A stretch of 32,000 bases of DNA. It comes from a metagenome. Both the position numbers and the translations under genes were made by a program. Of the stretch, positions 24,149 to 32,000 are shown piece by piece. Below the pieces are notes generated by a model, which had not been told where the DNA came from, did no database searches, and was given only the letters and a program-made list of their open reading frames with translations. Positions within the stretch are counted from its first letter, which is position 1, and each line of letters starts with the position of its first letter. Location of the stretch: sequence record ERZ791625.292-NODE-292-length-40431-cov-5.146201; one strand, written 5' to 3'.

Positions 24149-24898
24149 ATGCTAAGTACAAAGGAGCTGATGACAGTGCCGATCCGTCCGCTTGTCGATC
24201 GCACTTATCTTGAACAGGTGCTGCTCTCCCGTTTTTCCCACGGTGAGGTACAGCAGTGGGTCCAGAAATACTTCCAGCCCTACCGTGAGCTGATGAGCTA
24301 TTACCGCTGCGCGATCATGGAGGTCGAGACGAAGTTCAACGTGCTCAATGAAGAGCTCTCGCTGCAATACGACCGCAACCCCATCGAGACGATCAAGACC
24401 CGCCTCAAGTCCCCCGAGAGCATCATGGAAAAGCTCACGCGCCGCGGCTATCCGCTCACGGTGGAGAGCATCGAAAAGAATTTGAACGACATCGCCGGCG
24501 TTCGCGTGATCTGCTCGCACCCTGCCGACATCTACAAACTCTCCGAGGCATTTTTGCGCCAGGACGACATCACACTCTTAGAGCGCAAGGACTACATCGC
24601 AAACCCTAAGCCCAACGGCTACCGCAGCCTCCATCTCATCGTCGAAACGCCCATCTTCCTGCATGACCAGAAGCGGCTCATGAAGGTCGAGGTGCAGTTC
24701 CGCACGATCTCGATGGATTGGTGGGCCAGCCTTGAGCATAAAATCCGCTACAAGAAAAATCTCCCCGAAATGGAATACGTGGAGCGCGAGCTCTATGAGT
24801 GCGCCGAGATCAGCGCACAGCTCGATGCGCGCATGGAAAAGCTCCAGAAAATCGCCGCACAGGCAACGGAGGGAAAGGATCGCGCCCTTTCCTCCTGA
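24149..24898 (+). CDS. Small alarmone synthetase (RelA/SpoT-domain GTP pyrophosphokinase, RelQ/RelP type)
   Basis: The synthetase core includes IKTRLKSPESIMEKL, DIAGVRVIC, PKPNGYRSLHLIV and EVQFRTISMDWWASLEHKIRYK. The start is uncertain (ATG 24149, ATG 24170 or GTG 24176). Confidence 0.85.
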   Translation: MLSTKELMTVPIRPLVDRTYLEQVLLSRFSHGEVQQWVQKYFQPYRELMSYYRCAIMEVETKFNVLNEELSLQYDRNPIETIKTRLKSPESIMEKLTRRGYPLTVESIEKNLNDIAGVRVICSHPADIYKLSEAFLRQDDITLLERKDYIANPKPNGYRSLHLIVETPIFLHDQKRLMKVEVQFRTISMDWWASLEHKIRYKKNLPEMEYVERELYECAEISAQLDARMEKLQKIAAQATEGKDRALSS

Positions 24899-24945
24899 AT
24901 TTTTAGGATGCCCGCACCGCGGGCAGGGAAAGGAATCGTGACACT

Positions 24946-26325
24946 ATGAACGCAGCAGAAAAAATCGCCCATGCAGCAGAGCGCAAGGCCTTTGAGACCA
25001 TGCTCGACTCGCTCATCAGAAAAAGCCAGACGAAGGACGTCTGCACCGTCGCAAACGACTTTGTCAACATGGTCCAAAAGATCCACTCCAGCGTCTGGAC
25101 GCCGGAGACCTTCGAGATGCTGCACCAGATCGCAAACGACCCTAACAGCAAGTGGGCACACTACGCCGAGCGCCTGCTGCGCGAGTGCGACCCCTACCTT
25201 CTCAGGACCTTCCTGACGGCCGCTGCCTATGAGGGCGGCTTCCGCGGCTTCCAGCAGGCACGGGCAAACTCCGAGAAGTATGACTGCAATATCCCTTGGA
25301 TCGTCCTCATGGACCCGACGAGCGCCTGCAATATGCGCTGCGCGGGCTGCTGGGCGGCGGAATACGGCCACAAGCAGAACCTCACCTTTGAGGAGATGGA
25401 CCGTGTGCTGACCGAGGGCGCAGAGCTCGGCACCCACGCCTGCCTCTTCACCGGCGGCGAACCGCTCATGCGCAAGGCAGACATCTTCCGCCTGTGCGAA
25501 AAGCACCGCGACATCGCCTTCCACGCCTTCACGAACGGCACGCTCATCGACCAGGCCTTCTGTGACGAGCTCAAGCGCGTGGGCAACTTCATCGTCTCGG
25601 TCAGCATCGAGGGCTTTGAGGACGCCAACGACGGCCGCCGCGGCACGGGACATTTTGAAAAGGCGCTCGCCGCGATGGACCTCATGCACAAAAACCATAT
25701 TCCGTTCGGCGTGTCCATCTGCTACACGAGCAAGAACTACAAGGTCGTCACGAGCGATGAGTTCCTCGACATGCTCATCTCCAAGGGCTGCTTCTTCGCC
25801 TGGTACTTCCACTACATGCCCGTCGGCATGGGCGCAACGACCGACCTTCTGCTTAATCCCGAGCAGCGCGCCTATATGAAAGACCGCGTGCGCGAGATCC
25901 GCGGTCTCACCGGCGGCAAGGAGATCTTCGCCATCGACTTCCAGAATGACGGCGAGTTCACAGGCGGCTGCATCGCCGGCGGCAAGCTCTACTGCCACAT
26001 CAACGCCGCGGGCGACGTCGAGCCCTGCGTGTTCATCCATTACTCGGGTGCGAACATCCGCGAAAAGAGCTTCCTCGAATGTCTCCAGCAGCCGCTTTTT
26101 AAGGAGTACCGCAAGGGCCAGCCGTTCAACAACAACCACCTGCGCCCCTGCCCGATGCTGGAAAATCCCGAATATCTGCCCCAGATGGTCGCGCGCAGCG
26201 GTGCGCATTCGACCGACCTGGAAGCGCCCGAGAGCGTGGAGCACCTGTGCAACAAGTGTGAGTCCTACGCCGCCTGCTGGCGCCCCGAGGCCGAAAAGCT
26301 CTGGGACGAGGAGCACCACGACTAA
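24946..26325 (+). CDS. Radical SAM enzyme with a Cys-rich (SPASM-like) C-terminal region
   Basis: CNMRCAGC (C-x3-C-x2-C) and GGEPL are present. C-terminal cysteines lie in CIAGGKLYCHINAAGDVEPCVF, RPCPM and CNKCESYAAC. An N-terminal extension of about 100 aa has unknown function. Confidence 0.8.
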   Translation: MNAAEKIAHAAERKAFETMLDSLIRKSQTKDVCTVANDFVNMVQKIHSSVWTPETFEMLHQIANDPNSKWAHYAERLLRECDPYLLRTFLTAAAYEGGFRGFQQARANSEKYDCNIPWIVLMDPTSACNMRCAGCWAAEYGHKQNLTFEEMDRVLTEGAELGTHACLFTGGEPLMRKADIFRLCEKHRDIAFHAFTNGTLIDQAFCDELKRVGNFIVSVSIEGFEDANDGRRGTGHFEKALAAMDLMHKNHIPFGVSICYTSKNYKVVTSDEFLDMLISKGCFFAWYFHYMPVGMGATTDLLLNPEQRAYMKDRVREIRGLTGGKEIFAIDFQNDGEFTGGCIAGGKLYCHINAAGDVEPCVFIHYSGANIREKSFLECLQQPLFKEYRKGQPFNNNHLRPCPMLENPEYLPQMVARSGAHSTDLEAPESVEHLCNKCESYAACWRPEAEKLWDEEHHD

Positions 26326-26357
26326 ATGACTTTCCTGTAACCTTCCTCGATACGCAA

Positions 26358-26390
26358 GAAAGCCGCCGACCATCAGGTCGGCGGCTTTTG
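26358..26390. terminator. Bidirectional terminator between the radical SAM gene and metK
   Basis: AGCCGCCGACC atca GGTCGGCGGCT followed by TTT, with an A-rich run on the other side. Confidence 0.65.
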
Positions 26391-26408
26391 TCACGTCTTC
26401 GAATTTTT

Positions 26409-27590
<1,182 letters not shown>

Positions 27591-27619
27591 GGTTACTTTT
27601 CTTCCTTTCTCGTTGTTGG

Positions 27620-27770
27620 GAAAAACAAAAAATACTCTGTCGAACCGACAGAGTATCGCGCTTTCTGCTCTTCCTCATCTTTCGATTCGTTCGTCGGATT
27701 TGGCACCTTGCCTCTTCGGGCAGGTTGTCGTGGTGTCATAGGGCCGATCCCTCAACCACTCTCGATGAAG
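27620..27770 (-). promoter_or_regulatory. SAM-I (S-box) riboswitch with terminator, in the metK leader
   Basis: On the minus strand, CTTCATCGAGAGTGGTTGAGGGATCGGCCCTATGACACCACGACAACC...AAGGTGCCAAATCC...AGATGAGGAAG matches the S-box consensus blocks. It is followed by the hairpin GATACTCTGTCGGTTCGACAGAGTATTTTTT. Confidence 0.85.
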
Positions 27771-27948
27771 TATTCACTTGTGGCTTTCGCCGAATCGTAT
27801 TCTACCATGTTTGTGCGTTTTGTCAAGTGACATTTCCCAAAAAACGTCCAAATCGGCGCAAAATGCGGTGCTCTTGCAATTTTTGAAAAAAAGTGCTATA
27901 TTGAGGAAACTTTGCACACAAAATCTATTCGACAGGAGCTCGTTTGCG

Positions 27949-29354
27949 ATGGTCTTCAGCAGTGTCAGCTTTCTTGTTTTCTTTCTTCCCTGCCTGCTCG
28001 TTCTTTATTTTATGGTGCCGCGCCGGTACCGCGGGGCACGGAATTTCATCCTGCTCGCGTTCAGCCTCGCCTTCTACGCCTGCGGCGGGCCGAAGTTTTT
28101 GCTGCTCATGCTGCTCTCCATCGTCATCAATTACTGCTGCGGGCTCCTCGCGGGGCCAAAGCACCGCCCCGCCGTCCGAAAGGCAGGCGTGACACTCGCA
28201 GCCGTGCTGGGGCTCGGGCTTCTCGGCTGGTTCAAGTACGCGGGCTTTTTCGGTGAGATGCTCCACGCCCTGATGCCCTTTATCCCCGTGCCGCAGGTCA
28301 CGCTGCCCATCGGCATCTCATTTTTTACCTTCCAGGGTCTCAGCTATGTGATCGACGTTTTCCGCGATGACGCCGCCGTGCAGAGAAGCCCTCTCAAGCT
28401 CGCACTCTATATCTCGTTTTTCCCCCAGCTCGTCGCCGGTCCCATCGTACGCTACACCACGGTCGCAGACGAGATCGACGAGCGGCACGAGTCCGTTTCC
28501 GAATTCTCCGCGGGCGCGGTGCGCTTTCTCTTCGGCCTTGCCAAGAAAATGCTGCTCGCCAACGCTGTCGCGCAGATCGCCGACGCCGCCTTTTCCGCCG
28601 TCTCCCCCTCGGTGGCCCTTGCGTGGCTCGGCGCCGTCGCCTACACGTTTCAGATCTACTTCGACTTTTCCGCCTATTCCGACATGGCCATCGGCCTTGG
28701 CCGGATGTTCGGCTTCCACTTTCTTGAAAACTTCAACTATCCCTATGTCTCCCGCAGCGTCACCGAGTTCTGGCGGCGCTGGCATATCTCGCTCTCCACG
28801 TGGTTCCGCGACTATGTCTACATTCCCCTCGGCGGCAACCGCTGCTCCCGCGCGCGCAATATTCTGAACCTCTTTCTCGTCTGGGCGCTCACAGGCCTCT
28901 GGCACGGAGCCAACTGGACATTCATCGCGTGGGGCCTGTGGTTCTTTGTGCTGCTCATCGGCGAAAAGTTTCTCTGGGGTAAGGCGCTCTCGCGCCTTCC
29001 GTCTCTTTTGCAGCATGTCTACGCCATGCTGCTCGTCATTTTGAGCTCTTCCGCGCGGACGATATCGGCGCTGCGCTGTGCTACATGGCCGCGATGTTCG
29101 GCCGCGCCCCCGCCCTCTGCGACAGCCGCGCCGTGTACTACGCGCTTGAATTCTGGCCGGAGCTGCTGCTCTGCTGTATTGCTGCCCTGCCGGTCAAAAA
29201 CCTGCTCGAAACGGCGCTTGAAAAGCGTAACAGCAAGCTCTCCCGCGGCATCCTCATCGTGGGGCCGAAGCTCGCCTCCCTCGCACTGCTCGCGCTTTCC
29301 TACTGCAGGCTCGTCACGGGCTCGTTCAATCCCTTTATCTATTTCCGCTTCTGA
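27949..29354 (+). pseudogene. MBOAT-family O-acyltransferase (AlgI/DltB-like) with a frameshift near the 3' end
   Basis: MVFSSVSFLVFFLP... and the conserved WRRWHISLSTWFRDYVYIPLGGNR, with WHG downstream. The frame is lost after ...HVYAMLLVI at a T4 run (29039-29042). The +1 frame continues FELFRADDIGAALCYMAAMFG... to FNPFIYFRF, stopping at 29352-29354. Confidence 0.8.
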
Positions 29355-29372
29355 AAAAGGAGGTGTCTGCGC

Positions 29373-30560
29373 ATGAAACGTATCTGTGAATGGGCGATGG
29401 CCTTGCTCTTTTCCGGCGTGCTGCTCGTCCTGATGGCTGCGACCATCCTGCTGCCGAAAAACCGCTACTCCTACTACGAAAACCGCAACCTCTCCGCCTT
29501 TCCCGAGATCACGGCGGAATCGGTCCTCAGCGGTCAGGTCTTCGACGACCTCGAGACCCTGTTCTGCGACTACGCCGCCTGGCGAACTCCCGCGCTCAAG
29601 GCCGTCACATGGGCCGATCTGAACGTTTTCCGCCGTCCCGTGGTCAACGAGACTGTCGTCACGGACGATGTCCTGCTGCCGCAGCTTTACGATCCCGCCA
29701 TGAGCGATGACGACATCCGCGCGCAGGCAAAGCTCGTCGCGGAGGACAACGCCGCGCTGCAAAAGCAGGTCGAATCCTACGGCGGGCGTTACTGCTATGT
29801 CGCCGTTCCGTGCCAGTATGTCTACTATGAGGACAGCTACCCCGCCTATCTCACGAACCGCTCGCGCTATACCGACCTTGAGCTCTCCGCACTGACGGAG
29901 GAGATGAACGCGCAGGGCGTGTGCTTCCTCGACATGGGCCCCGTCTTCGACTCGCTCGGCCATCCGCCCGAGTTCAGCTCGCGGGTGGACAACCACTACG
30001 GTCTTCTTGGCGCGTATGAGACCTACCGTGCCGCCGCACAGAAGCTAAACGGCGACTATGGCCTCGCGCTCTCCTTCCCCGAAGAGGGCACGGATGTGAC
30101 GTTTTCCGCGCTGCCTAACCCCTATATGGGCTCGCGCACGCGCAAGCTTCTGGGGCTGCGCGGCGATGATGAAAAGCTGCTCACCGCCGCCTTCCGCGAG
30201 GATATCCCCTTCACCCGCCTTGACAACTGGCAGGAGGTGGCCTCTGCGGTCTACGCCCTTCCCGCCACCGAGGATGAAGCCCTGACCTACGGCCTCTACA
30301 TGGGCGGCGACATCGCCGAGACGTGCATCCGCACGGACCGCCCCTCGCTCCCCACCGCCCTCATCTTCGGCGACAGCTTCACCAATGCCGTGGAGAGCCT
30401 CGCCTATTACAGCTTCGACGAGATGCGCTCTGTCGACCTGCGGCACTATAAGACGCAGAGCATCAGCGACTATATCGCCGCCTATCAGCCCGACGTCGTC
30501 ATCTGCATCCGCGATTACGAGGCGCTCCTCTCGCGCAGCGACAACGGCGGCCTCTCCTGA
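29373..30560 (+). CDS. DHHW / AlgJ-AlgX-like membrane-anchored protein (SGNH-like O-acyl transfer partner of the MBOAT)
   Basis: N-terminal TM anchor, then NRYSYYENRNLSAFP, VDNHYG (the DHHW-type motif position) and IFGDSFTN. It lies immediately downstream of the MBOAT gene. Confidence 0.6.
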   Translation: MKRICEWAMALLFSGVLLVLMAATILLPKNRYSYYENRNLSAFPEITAESVLSGQVFDDLETLFCDYAAWRTPALKAVTWADLNVFRRPVVNETVVTDDVLLPQLYDPAMSDDDIRAQAKLVAEDNAALQKQVESYGGRYCYVAVPCQYVYYEDSYPAYLTNRSRYTDLELSALTEEMNAQGVCFLDMGPVFDSLGHPPEFSSRVDNHYGLLGAYETYRAAAQKLNGDYGLALSFPEEGTDVTFSALPNPYMGSRTRKLLGLRGDDEKLLTAAFREDIPFTRLDNWQEVASAVYALPATEDEALTYGLYMGGDIAETCIRTDRPSLPTALIFGDSFTNAVESLAYYSFDEMRSVDLRHYKTQSISDYIAAYQPDVVICIRDYEALLSRSDNGGLS

Positions 30561-30581
30561 CTTCAAGCAAGGAGGTCTTTT

Positions 30582-31913
30582 ATGACCGTCTCCCTTTCCG
30601 ATCATTTTACGTATCAAAAGCTGCTGCGCTTTGTCGCGCCCAGCATTTTGATGATGATCATCACCTCTATTTACAGCATTGTCGACGGCTTTTTCGTCTC
30701 GAACTTCGTCGGCAAAAATTCGTTTGCCGCGCTGAACCTCATCTTTCCCGTCATCATGGCGCTCGCCGCCGTCGGCTTTATGATCGGCACGGGCGGCAGC
30801 GCGCTCATCGCCAAAACGCTCGGCGAGGGCAAGCCCAGGGAAGCGAACGAGATCTTCTCCATGCTCGTCATCGTGCTTGCCGCCGGCGGCGCGATTTTAA
30901 GCGGCGTGTGCATCGTTTTCCTGCGCCCCATCTCGTTCGCCGTCGGCGCGACGGACCTGACGATCGACGACTGCGTGCTCTATGGGCGCGTACTGCTGGC
31001 TGCTCTCCCCTTTTTCATGCTGCAAAACAGCTTTCAGAGCTTTTTGGCGACGGCGGAAAAGCCGCACTTTGGCCTGCGCGTGACGGTGTTCGCGGGGCTG
31101 ACGAACATGGTACTCGATTTTCTGCTCGTCTACGTGTTCCCGTTCGGGCTTCTCGGTGCGGCGCTCGCCACGGCGTTTTCGCAGATTGTCGGCGCGCTCA
31201 TCCCGCTTGTCTACTTTCTCCGCCCGAACGATTCACCGCTGCGCCTCACGCGCCCGCGCTTTGATTGCCGCACCCTTGGCAAGGCCTGCTACAACGGCTC
31301 GAGCGAGATGGTCAGCAACCTTTCGACCTCTCTCGTCGGCGTACTCTATAACGTGCAGCTCATGGCGATTGCCAAGGAAAACGGCGTGAATGCCTACGGT
31401 GTTCTGATGTACGTGAGCTTCATCTTCATGGCGTTTTTCTTCGGCTATTCCATCGCCGTCACGCCCGTCGTCGGCTATCACTACGGCGCGCAGAACCACG
31501 CCGAGCTCAAAAGCCTCCTTAAAAAGAGCCTGACCGTCACGCTCATCACGAGCCTTGCGATGACGGCCTCGTCCATCCTGCTGGCAAATCCCATCGCCCA
31601 CATTTTCGTCGGCTACGACGCGGAGCTGTGCGGCATGACGGTCAACGCGCTGCGCATCTACGCGCTCTCATTCCTCGTCTGCGGTTTCAATATCTTCGGT
31701 TCGGCGTTTTTCACGGGGCTCAACAATGGCACAGCCAGCGCGCTCATTTCGTTCCTGCGTACGCTCGTCATTCAGGTCGCCGCGGTGCTTCTTTTGCCAA
31801 AACTTCTCGGCATCAACGGCATCTGGCTCGCCATCACCGTGGCCGAAGCGCTCACACTGCTTGTCACTGCCGCGCTCTTCCTCGCGGGGCGCAGAAAGTA
31901 TCACTACGTCTGA
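30582..31913 (+). CDS. MATE-family efflux transporter
   Basis: 443 aa with about 12 TM segments. The N-terminus LLRFVAPSILMMIITSIYSIVDGFFVSNFVGKNSFAALNLIFP is typical of MATE/NorM-like proteins. Confidence 0.85.
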   Translation: MTVSLSDHFTYQKLLRFVAPSILMMIITSIYSIVDGFFVSNFVGKNSFAALNLIFPVIMALAAVGFMIGTGGSALIAKTLGEGKPREANEIFSMLVIVLAAGGAILSGVCIVFLRPISFAVGATDLTIDDCVLYGRVLLAALPFFMLQNSFQSFLATAEKPHFGLRVTVFAGLTNMVLDFLLVYVFPFGLLGAALATAFSQIVGALIPLVYFLRPNDSPLRLTRPRFDCRTLGKACYNGSSEMVSNLSTSLVGVLYNVQLMAIAKENGVNAYGVLMYVSFIFMAFFFGYSIAVTPVVGYHYGAQNHAELKSLLKKSLTVTLITSLAMTASSILLANPIAHIFVGYDAELCGMTVNALRIYALSFLVCGFNIFGSAFFTGLNNGTASALISFLRTLVIQVAAVLLLPKLLGINGIWLAITVAEALTLLVTAALFLAGRRKYHYV

Positions 31914-32000
31914 CGGTTTTTCATGCGTAATACCGGAAGCGGTGGACTTCCTCGCGCTCTTCTGATAGAATTTATTTAGAGACAGCGTGAGATAAATCGA

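Noticed and set aside
24793-26394. 533-aa ORF on the minus strand, and similar long ORFs at 26388-27578 (+), 18638-20269 (+), 17028-17819 (+), 17698-18525 (+), 10336-11106 (+) and 28318-29016 (-).
   Set aside because: They lie antisense to, or out of frame with, genes that have unmistakable family motifs (radical SAM, metK, selA, selB, the secreted protein, MBOAT). Their translations are low-complexity and Arg/Ala/Gly-rich, as expected for stop-poor alternative frames in GC-rich DNA.

Overview
The window appears to be a chromosomal segment from a GC-rich Clostridia-type Firmicute; this is inferred from gene content and protein sequences, and no search was run. It splits into two parts.

(A) About 16.3-32 kb is GC-rich core genome. 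It holds tRNA-Pro(CGG), tRNA-Sec (selC), selB and selA, followed by an AT-rich S51 peptidase islet, a YwaF-like membrane protein and a frameshifted D-aminoacylase. After these come a small alarmone synthetase, a radical SAM enzyme, metK behind a SAM-I riboswitch, an MBOAT (frameshifted) plus DHHW/AlgJ-like O-acylation pair, and a MATE exporter.

(B) About 0-16.3 kb is an AT-richer mosaic of accessory, defence and mobile DNA stacked next to tRNA-Pro.
- An LMW-PTP is translationally coupled to a DUF1016/YhcG PD-(D/E)XK nuclease.
- A stand-alone OLD-family ABC-ATPase/TOPRIM nuclease sits in its own cassette.
- An IS3-family remnant abuts an integrase N-terminal fragment and a MATE 3' fragment.
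- A divergent gene pair consists of an N6-adenine methyltransferase fused to an HsdS-like target-recognition domain and an uncharacterised protein with an HNH-like C-terminus. This is probably a type II R-M system.
- A mosaic secreted protein follows.
- A ~4.9 kb integrase-bearing mini-island is bounded by a 79-bp direct repeat that includes the 3' 48 nt of tRNA-Pro.

The most unusual observations are these:
- Five in-frame TAG codons lie in three genes of the mini-island. One splits a GIY-YIG domain, and every other island ORF ends in TAA.
- The methyltransferase-TRD fusion is paired with an HNH-like protein.
- The single-gene OLD/PARIS-like nuclease lies beside the DUF1016 nuclease.
- There is evidence for tandem accretion of related elements at tRNA-Pro.

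Four gene disruptions fall in short homopolymers, so assembly error must be excluded before calling them pseudogenes. No CRISPR array or rRNA was seen. All family assignments come from motif recognition by eye, not from database searches.
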